Source of the DNA: Isorropodon fossajaponicum endosymbiont JTNG4
GTDB lineage: Bacteria > Pseudomonadota > Gammaproteobacteria > PS1 > Pseudothioglobaceae
Direction of reading: 5' to 3'
NCBI RefSeq assembly: GCF_016592615.1
Contig: NZ_AP013043.1
Coordinates: 1,260,001-1,292,000, forward strand
DNA: 32,000 nucleotides
Under the pieces are notes generated by a model that was not told the DNA's origin, ran no database searches, and saw only the letters and a list, made by a program, of their open reading frames with translations. The number at the start of each line of letters is the position of its first letter. Position 1 is the stretch's first letter. Positions 20,625 through 30,256 of this stretch are shown piece after piece. The position numbers and the translations under genes were made by a program.

Positions 20625-22852
20625 GAATCAGCACCAATTTTGATGTGCCTTAACCTGTTGGCATTACTCACCACAGTGAGTGACGACATTGCCATTGCCG
20701 CACCTGCAATCATTGGATTGAGTAATATGCCAAATAGCGGATACAAAATACCGGCAGCCACCGGAATGCCTAAAGTATTATAAATAAAGGCACCAAATAA
20801 ATTTTGTTTAATATTCCTTGTGGTCATTTTAGAAATATAAATGGCATCTACCACAGCAGACAAAGATCCGAGCATTAAGACCACATCAGCACTTTCAATA
20901 GCAACATCCGTGCCTGTTTCAATTGCAAAACCAACATCAGCTATAGCCAATGCCGGTGCATCATTAATACCATCTCCAACCATACCCACAACACCACCAT
21001 TTATTTGCAATTGCTCTATTGTTTTGGCTTTTTCATTGGGCATTACCTCGGCAATAACATCAATGATATTAACCGAATTAGCCACGGCTTGTGCTGTGAC
21101 TTTATTATCACCCGTTAGTAATATCACTTTTAGTCCAGCCTTTTGCATTTGTTTAACCGCCATTGCAGAATCTGCTTTGATTGGGTCTGCAATAGTAATA
21201 ACTGCTGCAGCCTCGCCATTAATGGCTAAATAAATAGGCGTTTTAGCCTCTTGGGAGCGTAGGGCTGATTCCTCTTGTAATTCATCAATATTAATACTAT
21301 ATTCATGCATTAAGCGATTATTGCCAAACAAAACTATTTGATTGTCTATTTCTGCCTTAACCCCTTGCCCTGTTATTGAATTAAAGTTCTTGCAAGGCTT
21401 GATAGGCAGATTTTGAGATTTTGTATATTCAACAATAGCCTGTGCCAACGGATGCTCAGATGATGACTCTATCGATGCTGCAACACTCAAGCACTCTTGA
21501 TCAGAAATATGCGCTAATGTCATAATATTTGTAACACTTGGCTTACCTTGAGTGATGGTACCTGTTTTATCCAAAACAATAACATCAAGCTTACCCGCTT
21601 GTTGTAAAGCATTGCCATTACGAATTAGCACCCCATGCTCTGCTGCCTTACCAACACCAACCATAATAGAAATAGGCGTTGCCAATCCCAATGCACATGG
21701 GCAAGCAATAATGAGTACGGTTACTGATGCTATTAACGCAAACGTTATATCGTCACCAATATTAAACCATAGCAAAAAGGTGATAACGGTAATAATAAGC
21801 ACCACAGGTACAAACACGGCTGAAACCTTATCAACCAATCTGCCAATCGCAGGTTTGCTGGCCTGTGCTTTGCGTACCATTTCAATAATATGAGCCAATG
21901 CTGTGTCTTTGCCAATGCGAGTAGAAACAAACAAAAAAGAACCGGTTGTATTAATGGTTCCTGTTGTAACCTCATCGCCAATATTTTTCTTAACTGGCAT
22001 TGGCTCGCCAGTCAGCATTGATTCATCAACACTGGAGGCGCCATCAATTAACCTACCATCAACCGGTATTCTTTCTCCAGGATGCATCTTTATGGTTTCT
22101 GATAACCCTACTTGCTCAATGGGTAGAATTATTTCTTTACCATTGCGTATTACCAATGCTGTTTTTGGCTGCAGACCAATCAATCGCTTAATTGCTTGAG
22201 AGGTTTTACCACGTGCTTTGCTTTCTAACGCGGAACCAAGATTAATCAGTGAAATGATAATTGCAGTAGCTTCAAAATATACATGTTGGGCATTATCAGG
22301 AAAGTAATCAGACAATAGCACTACTAGCATTGAAAATAGCCATGCTACACTTGTACCTAATGCTATCAAGGTATCCATATTGGCATTGTGATTTGAGAAT
22401 AATTTTAAGGCACTAGTATAAAAATGGGCACCTGAATAATACATAACTGCCAAGGTTATCAAGCCTATCACTAGCCAAAATACTTGACCAGTGGTACTGG
22501 CCATTACTGGCAATATGTCTAATAAACTTGCTATAAATAAAGGCACACCAATTGAGGCAGCAAGCAGCGATTTCCTTATTAATTGTTGATAGTAAACAAG
22601 ATCTTGCTGTTCTTTTTCAAGCGTTTGATCAGCAGCACCTGATACCATCTCAGCTGCATTATATCCAGCATCCACCACAGCCTTAATTAAAACATCTACT
22701 GATACTGTAGCAACAACATTAACAGTATGGTCAGCAAAATTAACACTGGCCTTGTCAACGCCGTCAACCTTATTCAATGCATTTTCAACACTGGCAACAC
22801 ATCCAGCACAAGACATGCCTAGAATTGATAAATGAATACTGTTATCGTTCAT
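20621..22852 (-). CDS. copA: Copper-translocating P1B-type ATPase
   Basis: N-terminal HMA domain [25 protein letters not shown] and GDGINDAP motifs; 743 aa, intact. Confidence 0.95.
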   Translation of the reverse strand: MNDNSIHLSILGMSCAGCVASVENALNKVDGVDKASVNFADHTVNVVATVSVDVLIKAVVDAGYNAAEMVSGAADQTLEKEQQDLVYYQQLIRKSLLAASIGVPLFIASLLDILPVMASTTGQVFWLVIGLITLAVMYYSGAHFYTSALKLFSNHNANMDTLIALGTSVAWLFSMLVVLLSDYFPDNAQHVYFEATAIIISLINLGSALESKARGKTSQAIKRLIGLQPKTALVIRNGKEIILPIEQVGLSETIKMHPGERIPVDGRLIDGASSVDESMLTGEPMPVKKNIGDEVTTGTINTTGSFLFVSTRIGKDTALAHIIEMVRKAQASKPAIGRLVDKVSAVFVPVVLIITVITFLLWFNIGDDITFALIASVTVLIIACPCALGLATPISIMVGVGKAAEHGVLIRNGNALQQAGKLDVIVLDKTGTITQGKPSVTNIMTLAHISDQECLSVAASIESSSEHPLAQAIVEYTKSQNLPIKPCKNFNSITGQGVKAEIDNQIVLFGNNRLMHEYSINIDELQEESALRSQEAKTPIYLAINGEAAAVITIADPIKADSAMAVKQMQKAGLKVILLTGDNKVTAQAVANSVNIIDVIAEVMPNEKAKTIEQLQINGGVVGMVGDGINDAPALAIADVGFAIETGTDVAIESADVVLMLGSLSAVVDAIYISKMTTRNIKQNLFGAFIYNTLGIPVAAGILYPLFGILLNPMIAGAAMAMSSLTVVSNANRLRHIKIGADS

Positions 22853-22915
22853 ATAAGCCCCACACCAAAATCCTACTATAAATTAAATATAACTCTTTAA
22901 TCAATGTTTCACACA

Positions 22916-23316
22916 TTAATAAAGTTTATTTGCTTTTTGTAACTAACGAATATAACTAATAATTTTAGCAACCTCCTTGCGTTTAATATTTTCAACAGGT
23001 GGCATATTTCCAAATCGTCAATGGTGTGCTTTAACACCATTCATAGCTGCACGGTAAAATGCCTCATCTGCATGGTGTGAGCGGGTTTGTATATATCATC
23101 AAGTAACGAAGACCCTTGTTCACTTCCTAATAGGTTATCTCCATGACATGCTATACAAGCAGATTGATAGCTACGCTCACCTTGAGAAATACTAGGCTTG
23201 TAATTCATACTAGGGAAAAGACTGCTCCCCGTGTTTTTTAAACCAAACCACCCGTTCTCAATGAGTATAAAAAATCCAAGCATAAAAACTATTGTCAATA
23301 ACAAAATCTTATTCAT
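22916..23316 (-). pseudogene. Class I c-type cytochrome pseudogene
   Basis: Signal peptide plus CIACHG. A frameshift near 23071-23080 moves the sequence to HHADEAFYRAAMNGVKAHH. Then in-frame TGA (23018-23020, at a likely Trp position) followed by RFGNMPPVENIKRKEVAKIISYIR, then in-frame TAG (22943-22945) followed by LQKANKLY and TAA (22916-22918). Confidence 0.7.
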
Positions 23317-24795
23317 CGGCTTTATTTTGCATGGTTCTCACCACTACAAATTGCCCCATCATACCCCTGTCTTCGTGTTCTAAAATATGACAATGGTACA
23401 TATAGGGTATATTTTCATCACTAAACTCAGAGAATTTAATCAACACCTTGACTTTTTCATCAGGGTGAACCAACACAACATCCTTATGGCCCAATTCGTG
23501 ACCTTGGGCACCACCACGCCTAGAGATAATTTTAAACTGCACATTATGGGTATGAAATGGGTGCGGCACCATAGAGTGATTTTCAATCGTCCAAATCTCT
23601 ACACTGCCTGCTTTCACCACTTCATCAATGCGATTCATATCCATAGTTTTGCCATTAATGCTAAAGACATCACCACCAAACATCATCATTGGACCTATAC
23701 GCATTTGCAATGTCATTAAACGCTCATTACTCAACAGCAAACATTGAAATCAGTTGATGAATCGTTAATTGATTAGGAATGCTTCGGCTGCTTTTTTTGT
23801 ACGCTTGAAGCATCAATCTGGAAAATGCTCAAATCTTTATTTTGATTCATCATTCTACTCATCATACCCATACCTGATGACGCTTGGCTAGCATTGTGCT
23901 TCAAAATAGGCATTTTTCCATTTGCCACATCAAGCAAAATTTCTACTCTTTCCGCTGGTGCTAATCTAAGTGAATTGGCTTTAACAGAGCGCTCCAACAA
24001 ACCACCATCACTACCAATAATATAAAAATCTCGATGGTCGTCAAAACTCAAACGATAGGTTCTGGCATTAGAACCATTCAATAGGCGCAAGCACAATAAT
24101 GATTTTTTAGCTTTTAAAACAGGATTAATAACACCATTAACCAAAACAGTTTGCCCTTTCTTGCCCATCATTCTATCTGACATGGAACGAATATAGGTAG
24201 ATGCACCATTTTTATTAAAGTCCTTATCCTGAATAATGACTGGAAAATCATCCACACCATACTCCATAGGTAAGTTTAAGTTCTTAGCAGATTCATCATC
24301 AATAATAAACATCCCTGCCAATCCTTGGTAAACCTGCTTACCTGTTTGATGAATTTGATGAGAACGATACCACAATGTTGCTGCATTCTGAACAATATCA
24401 AACCCACTTAGCCGAGTGCCACTCGGCTGAATTGGTTGGTGAGGCCCCCATCTGCCTTGGCAGGCAGTTTCATCCCATGCCAATGTAGTGGTGGTGGTTT
24501 TATCAAGGCTATTTTTAACCTTAATGTGTACTCGGTCACCTTTATTAGCCCTCAAAGTCACGCCTAAAAAAGACTGATTAATACCTAATGTTGGGGTTAA
24601 TTGGTTGGGCAAAATAGCACTGTGTCCAGATTGGATATTTAAATCAAAATACACGTCTTTTCCAATCCTTTTGCCTATTTCTAGCATCGGCACTTGAAAA
24701 CGATTTTTAAACAATCGCCCACTTGCCAAAACCATTTGCTTAGGCAAGGCCATCAAAGCCAAACCAGCTTAAAGGAATCGTCTTCTACTAATCAT
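23309..24795 (-). pseudogene. CueO-like periplasmic multicopper oxidase pseudogene
   Basis: ATG 24795-24793 gives MISRRRFL-TAA(24769-24771)-AGLALMALPKQ, a Tat signal hit by a nonsense codon. The HWHG copper motif is readable only in a shifted frame (24471-24485). WYRSH stands where WYHxH is expected. There is a frame change between the 329-aa and 143-aa ORFs (23740-23775). The C-terminal HPFHTHN...HCHILEHEDRGMM motifs are intact. Confidence 0.82.
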
Positions 24796-25202
24796 TTTGA
24801 AAACCTTGCATCATATTTTTGCTGTATATCTTTAGGCCATAAACTATGGATGTAATCAAGCAAAGCTTGTTTTTCAGCCTCGTTGAGTTGGTTTTTAAAC
24901 CCTGGCATTTGCCCGCCAAATTGTGCACCACCGTTATTAATAGTGCGTAATAATTGTGCGGGCGAGTGATGCCAAGTGTGTGCCGTACCATTCACAGGTG
25001 GTGCTGGAAAATTGCCATCAGCTTGCCTCTTTTTCCAATCTTTAACAAGACCGCCACCTGCCTTCCCGTGACACACTAGACAATTTTTATCAAAAGTTGT
25101 TTTGCCTAATTGCACCTTATCTGCTTCTTTTGCTTGTGCGTCGCCACTATCAAAACAAGCGCTTAAAAACAACACACTTGATAATATTATTAATATTTTC
25201 AT
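24792..25202 (-). CDS. Lipoprotein c-type cytochrome (136 aa), apparently intact
   Basis: MKILIILSSVLFLSAC lipobox and a CLVCHG haem motif. I start it at ATG 25202-25200. The ORF-track extension to 25352 runs across the 3' tail of the upstream oxidase pseudogene; ATG 25271 with an AAGGAG upstream is an alternative start. Its TGA overlaps the next gene's ATG (ATGA). Confidence 0.75.
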   Translation of the reverse strand: MKILIILSSVLFLSACFDSGDAQAKEADKVQLGKTTFDKNCLVCHGKAGGGLVKDWKKRQADGNFPAPPVNGTAHTWHHSPAQLLRTINNGGAQFGGQMPGFKNQLNEAEKQALLDYIHSLWPKDIQQKYDARFSK

Positions 25203-25285
25203 TACTTCTCTCTTGTATCTTAAAAACCAACCAAATATACAACTAATTACCATTATTTTTAAATGTTTCATTTTTTCTCCTTTAA

Positions 25286-26906
25286 TTAAACAACATCTAC
25301 TCGACGAAACATGCCTAACATGCGATAAAGCAAGTGGCAGTGATACGCCCACAAGCCCCTAGCATCAACTTTAATTCGATAACTTATTTATTAGCCCCAG
25401 GTTGAACAATAACCGTGTGCTTACGAGAAATGTACATATTATCTCCAGTTTCTAAATCGCTCCACATGCCGTGTAAATGCATTGGGTGATTCATCATTGT
25501 GTCATTGACAAAAGTAATGCGCACCACTTCGCCAAATTTAAATTTAAGTGGCTCAGTATCAGCATGGGTTATCATTGAATCCATGGTAGACATATTTTGA
25601 CCATCGTTTATGTTTATTTCACCGTGGGACATGCTTGTCATTACTGGTTTTTACCCGTATCCATTTTGCTATGATTCATTTCCGAATGGTTCATGCCCGA
25701 CATCGACTTAGTCATATTCATTCCACTGTGATTCATCTTAGAATGATCCATGCCAACCATTGCTGATTTGTCATTCATCTTCATTGAATCGTGATCCATG
25801 CCTGTCATATTAGACATATCCGTATCCATGTCACTGTGTGTTAAATTAGGCACTCTGTCCAACTCTGGCACTTCACCTAACATAGGTTAATGCTCCCCTA
25901 GCATAGCCAGATCTAGCAATATCTTGTGCAAAATAGTATATGCCCTATCATCTTTAGGCTCAACAACTACATCATAAGTCTCTGCCACGCCGATTCTAAA
26001 TTCATCAATAGATATAGACTCAATATTCTGTCCATCGGCAGATACCACAGTCATTTTCAAGCCAGGAATACGCACATCAAAAAACGTCATCGCTGAACCG
26101 TTGATGAATCTTAGTCTTATCTTTTCACCTTTATTAAATATCCCTATCCAGCCCTTATCTGGCGTGACTCCATTAACCAAGTAAGTATAGGTGTATCCCG
26201 TTACATCGGATAAATCACGCTGACTCATACGCATTTGATTCCACATTTTTCTATCATTCCAGGTGTTTTCTAAACCTTTGTTTTCAATATGTGTACGCTC
26301 ATTAAAATTATAATAATGCGACAATTTTTTAAGTTTTGCATAAATATCAGCTGGATTTTCATCGCTCCAATCAGGCAACATTACTACATAATCCTTGTCA
26401 TAACTCACAGGGTCTTTTTCAATTGGATCAATCACAATAGGCCCATACAACCCAGTTTGCTCTTGGAAACCAGAATGAGAGTGGTACCAATAAGTGCCGC
26501 TTTGTTTGGCCTCAAAACGATAAGTAAAAGTCTCACCTGACTTAATACCATAGAAATCATTACTAATATCAGGAACACCATCCATCTCTGACGGCAAAAT
26601 CAGGCCATGCCAATGAATGGAGGTGATCTCTTTAAGGTTATTTTTAACATGCAAGATAATCATCTCACCTTCTTTAAATCTTAATAATGGTGCAGGTAAA
26701 GTATTATTAACTGTAGTGGCTGTCCTCATGACACTAGTAAAGTTTACACTTTGCTCTGAAATATTTAGATTAAAGGTATTACCTGTTAAGGTTGTGATGT
26801 TATTACGCATACCAGCAAATAAAATACTTGGATTGATTGCTAAAGCAGTTGCACCTATAGTAACATCCTTAACAAACTGTCTACGTGATAGTGTTTTATT
26901 GTTCAT
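25286..26906 (-). pseudogene. PcoA/CopA-type copper-resistance multicopper oxidase pseudogene
   Basis: Tat signal LSRRQFVK; HWHG and WYHSH motifs; Met/His-rich segment (MDHDSMKMNDKSAMVGMDHSKMNHSGMNM...); HPMHLHGMWSDLE. Broken by in-frame TAA 25887-25889, a shifted stretch around 25880-25937, a frame change at about 25641, and in-frame TAA 25384-25386. The tail reads GLWAYHCHLLYRMLGMFRRVDVV-TAA (25286-25288). Confidence 0.85.
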
Positions 26907-26922
26907 TTTCTTTATTCCTATA

Positions 26923-27396
26923 ATTAATGTTTATGTTTGGTTTGCATATCTGTATGATTCATGCCTTGCATATTAGAGTGGCCCATATTTGACATGCCAG
27001 CATTCAAAGATTGAATATAATTCACAAGGTGCCATATATCCATCTCTTTAAGAATACCCTTCCAAGCTGGCATAGTGCCACAACCATTAGATCAAAATCC
27101 CCATCTAAATGCATACCAGGCATAGCTCTTAAATCACTTGATTTTGGGTTGAGTGTTTTAGCCAACAAGCCATTACCATCCGCTTCATCACCATGACAAC
27201 TTGCACAATTATTGATAAATAGTATCTCACCTTTATTCACTGAGCGTCTATTTGATGCCATGGGGTTTTGCACTTGTTGTGCAAAATCGGGCGATACCCA
27301 ATGCTGGTTTTCGCCATGTCCATCATAAATACTGTTAGCAAAAGACAGTTGGGTTAAAGTTAGAACTACTAAAACAGTTGTATATTTTTTATTCAT
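26923..27396 (-). pseudogene. c-type cytochrome with C-terminal Met/His-rich tail, frameshifted
   Basis: Signal peptide MNKKYTTVLVVLTLTQLSFA and a CASCHG haem motif. After a frameshift near 27085-27095 the conserved end NGCGTMPAWKGILKEMDIWHLVNYIQSL appears, followed by NAGMSNMGHSNMQGMNHTDMQTKHKH-TAA (26923-26925), 16 nt upstream of the PcoA-like ATG. Confidence 0.7.
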
Positions 27397-27533
27397 TTTA
27401 TTTTCCTTAATCAATATTATTTGAATTGATACACAATTCTTAAATACTACTAAAAACTTAGATTAATTTGCAATTGACGATAGGGAGGGTTGTTTTGTCA
27501 AAACAACTTCAAAACGTCAATACGCTAGAAAAT

Positions 27534-27829
27534 TTAAACGATTGGAGGGAGGGTGTTTACCTTTGAGGTAAAAGATGCATAGAGCGTTTTAAAAATAAAA
27601 ACTACTGAAAGTGACTGAGGAATGTAGTGCTCAAGAAACACAACTTTTTTATCAATGGTCAAACATTGGACACAAGTTGTATCACTACATCCTGATAAAT
27701 GCCCTACAGTAGACATGTTCATTGATTTATCATCCATTTAGCAATGTTCAATATTGCTAAACATAGAAACATCGCTAGCACTGACCGATGACATAAATAC
27801 GAACAAAATCAATGACAAAAAAACTTCAT
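27534..27829 (-). pseudogene. Possible remnant of a small secreted Cys/Met/His-rich protein
   Basis: ATG 27829-27827 followed by a T7 run. One extra T would give MKFFLSLILFVFMSSVSASDVSMFSNIEHC, then in-frame TAA (27738-27740), then the 67-aa ORF MDDKSMNMSTVGHLSGCSDTTCVQC... No family recognised. Confidence 0.25.
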
Positions 27830-27841
27830 GATTTAATTATA

Positions 27842-28960
27842 TCACAAAAAAATAGCTTGCAAGTCATTCAGAAAATCAAAGCCTTTTTCACTAGGTTGGA
27901 TATGCTTATCATTCAACTCAAGTAAACCCAATGCTTGAGCCTGATTTAATTGGTGTTCAATTGCTTGTGTTGATTGCCCTGTTCTTGATATAAATAGAGT
28001 CAAATCAAATCCATGTTTTAGCCTCAGCGCATTGAGCATAAAATCAAAGTTTAAATTTTCAATAGGCTTGACTTGCTTTTGCCTATTTTTTAGATAGTCC
28101 CTTGGTGAGCGTGCCTTTATCGTTCTAAATGAATAAGGCTTATTTGAGCAGGTGATTTTACCATGAGCGCCGGCGCCTATACCAATATAATCACCAAATT
28201 GCCAATAATTTAGATTATGCTTTGATGGTGTCTTTCCAAAAGCAGATACTTCGTAGCGAATATAACCATTTTTCTCTAATAAATTCACACCCTTATTGCC
28301 CATCTGCCAAATATCATCATCATTTGGTAAAGCTGGTGGAAATTTGGCAAAATAAGTATTAGGCTCAATGGTTAATTGATAAAAAGAAATATGCTCAGGG
28401 TTTAAATTCACAGCTTGATTGATATCAGACAGGCAGTCGTCTAATGTTTGGTTTTCCAATCCATACATAATATCAATATTAAAACGCTTAAAGCCTACTT
28501 GTTTGGCTTGCTCACAAGCATAAATTGCTTCATCGGCATTATGAATACGACCCAATGATTTGAGATGTTGATCATTAAAAGACTGCACGCCAATTGAGAG
28601 TCGATTAATGCCAATACGTTTAAATACTTTGAACTTTTCAATCTCAAAAGTACTTGGATTAGTTTCTAAGGTAATTTCAATATCATTTGTAAATTTAAGC
28701 CTCGTCTTTAAACCAGAAAACAACTCAGAAAGCACCTGCTCACTCATCAAACTGGGCGTGCCGCCACCTAAAAAAACAGACTGGATAGAACGACTTTGAA
28801 CATAATCCAAATCTCCATCAAGATCTTTTAACAACGCCGTAATATAGCCACTTTGTTGCTCGCTCTCATGCGAGTTGAAATCACAATAAGGGCACTTTTT
28901 AACACACCACGGATAATGAATATACAACGCCAATGGTGGTAATTCTAGCGCGCAATTCAC
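27842..28960 (-). CDS. hemW: Radical-SAM haem chaperone HemW (coproporphyrinogen-III-oxidase-like)
   Basis: CVKKCPYCDF radical-SAM cluster motif and FLGGGTPS. GTG start overlaps the rdgB TGA (GTGA). rdgB-hemW synteny matches E. coli. Confidence 0.9.
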   Translation of the reverse strand: MNCALELPPLALYIHYPWCVKKCPYCDFNSHESEQQSGYITALLKDLDGDLDYVQSRSIQSVFLGGGTPSLMSEQVLSELFSGLKTRLKFTNDIEITLETNPSTFEIEKFKVFKRIGINRLSIGVQSFNDQHLKSLGRIHNADEAIYACEQAKQVGFKRFNIDIMYGLENQTLDDCLSDINQAVNLNPEHISFYQLTIEPNTYFAKFPPALPNDDDIWQMGNKGVNLLEKNGYIRYEVSAFGKTPSKHNLNYWQFGDYIGIGAGAHGKITCSNKPYSFRTIKARSPRDYLKNRQKQVKPIENLNFDFMLNALRLKHGFDLTLFISRTGQSTQAIEHQLNQAQALGLLELNDKHIQPSEKGFDFLNDLQAIFL

Positions 28961-29550
28961 TGATTTTTTTTGAGTATTTTAAGTAATGCTGATAAGGCCC
29001 TGCCTCGGTGAGAAATTTTGTTTTTTTCTGTGGATAAAAGCTCAGCAGAGGTGCAATTATGGGCCGGCAGATAAAAAATTGAGTCATAACCAAAGCCATT
29101 ATCACCCATTTTTTCACGCAATATTTCACCCTCCCAACCACGTTGAATGATAATGGGTGTTGGGTCATGTTCATGCTCAACAAAAACAATTGCGCACCAA
29201 AAACGAGCACTACGCACACCCTCAGCCACCGTCGCCATTTCATCCAGCAGTTTTTGTGTATTCGCCTTATCATCACCATGGTGATTTGCATAACGAGCAG
29301 AATAAATACCAGGCCTACCACCTAACGCATCAACCACAATACCTGAATCATCTGCTAAAGCAGGCAAGCCTGATACCATAGATGCGTTTCTGGCTTTAAT
29401 CAGTGCATTTTCAACAAAGGTTAACCCTATTTCTGGTACTTCTTTAACTTGCATATCTTGCATAGATACAACTTGGTAAATACCGCTTAACATGGCGTTA
29501 AACTCTTTGATTTTGCCTTGATTATTGCTAGCAAGAATGATTTTTTTCAT
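28957..29550 (-). CDS. rdgB: XTP/dITP diphosphatase (non-canonical purine NTP pyrophosphatase)
   Basis: ASNNQGKIKEF, ADDSGIVVDALGGRPGIYSARY and FGYDSIF motifs. Confidence 0.93.
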   Translation of the reverse strand: MKKIILASNNQGKIKEFNAMLSGIYQVVSMQDMQVKEVPEIGLTFVENALIKARNASMVSGLPALADDSGIVVDALGGRPGIYSARYANHHGDDKANTQKLLDEMATVAEGVRSARFWCAIVFVEHEHDPTPIIIQRGWEGEILREKMGDNGFGYDSIFYLPAHNCTSAELLSTEKNKISHRGRALSALLKILKKNQ

Positions 29551-29593
29551 CGTGTATAATTTAGCCTAATATTTAGATTGTATGGAACTCATT

Positions 29594-30256
29594 ATGACTC
29601 AAGACGAGATGAAATTTGCTGTTGCACAAGCCGCACTCAAGTACGTAGTAAAAAATACCATTATAGGTGTAGGTACAGGTTCTACTGCTAATTTTTTCAT
29701 TGACGCATTGGCAAAAATTAAAAACGACATCAAGGGCGCTGTTGCAAGCTCTAAAGTAACTTCACAACGACTAGAGAGTCATGGTATTAAAGTATTTGAC
29801 CTTAATGAGGTAAAAGCTATTTCGGTTTATATTGATGGTGCAGATGAATCAGACGACAGTCTAAATCTTATCAAAGGTGGTGGTGGTGCGCTCACGCGCG
29901 AAAAAATTGTGGCAGCAGTGGCTGATCAATTTATTTGTATTGCTGATGAATCAAAGTTAGTGACAATAATGGGTGACTTTCCACTGCCTGTTGAGGTTAT
30001 CCCCATGGCATCTAACTATGTCAAACAGCAAATCAGCCAAAGAATTGGTGGAACACCTACAGTTAGAGAAAACTTTGTCACTGACAATGGCAACTTAATC
30101 CTTGATATTAAAGATTTGAAAATCACCAACCCTAAATCAATGGAGACAGAGTTAAACAGCATTACTGGCGTAGTAACCAATGGGCTTTTTGCCAATCGTG
30201 GCGCAGATGTTTTATTATTAGGCACACCTAATGATGTGAAAGTCGTGACTGTCTAA
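29594..30256 (+). CDS. rpiA: Ribose-5-phosphate isomerase A
   Basis: [18 protein letters not shown]... parallels the E. coli RpiA N-terminus. GVGTGST, DGADE and [11 protein letters not shown] motifs. The ORF track offers an ATG four codons earlier (29582). Confidence 0.94.
   Translation: MTQDEMKFAVAQAALKYVVKNTIIGVGTGSTANFFIDALAKIKNDIKGAVASSKVTSQRLESHGIKVFDLNEVKAISVYIDGADESDDSLNLIKGGGGALTREKIVAAVADQFICIADESKLVTIMGDFPLPVEVIPMASNYVKQQISQRIGGTPTVRENFVTDNGNLILDIKDLKITNPKSMETELNSITGVVTNGLFANRGADVLLLGTPNDVKVVTV

Noticed and set aside
20841-22199. Five ORF-track entries inside copA: 20841-21233+, 21552-21893+, 21903-22199+, 22000-22191+ and 21745-21981-.
   Set aside because: They lie antisense or out of frame within a P-type ATPase whose full motif set is intact. 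Their products are low-complexity Ala/Thr/Ser/Ile mirror translations with no recognisable features.
22853-22990. MerR/CueR-type operator in the copA promoter.
   Set aside because: A TTGATT-18 nt-TATAGT promoter-like arrangement is present on the minus strand. I found no dyad symmetry in the spacer and no cueR gene in the window.
23387-23719. 110-aa plus-strand ORF.
   Set aside because: Antisense to the C-terminal cupredoxin domain of the CueO-like pseudogene.
24788-24991. 67-aa minus-strand ORF.
   Set aside because: Out-of-frame overlap with the intact lipoprotein cytochrome c.
25102-25362. 86-aa plus-strand ORF, and the 50-codon N-terminal extension of the cytochrome c ORF (25203-25352).
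   Set aside because: The plus-strand ORF is antisense. The extension reads across the out-of-frame 3' tail of the PcoA-like pseudogene and precedes a perfectly good lipoprotein signal starting at 25202.
26289-27196. Plus-strand ORFs 26289-26540, 26617-26976 and 27011-27196.
   Set aside because: Antisense to the PcoA-like and cytochrome c pseudogenes.
28608-29381. ORFs 28608-28799+, 28899-29321-, 29143-29325+ and 29157-29381+.
   Set aside because: Antisense or out-of-frame within hemW and rdgB, both of which have complete motif sets.
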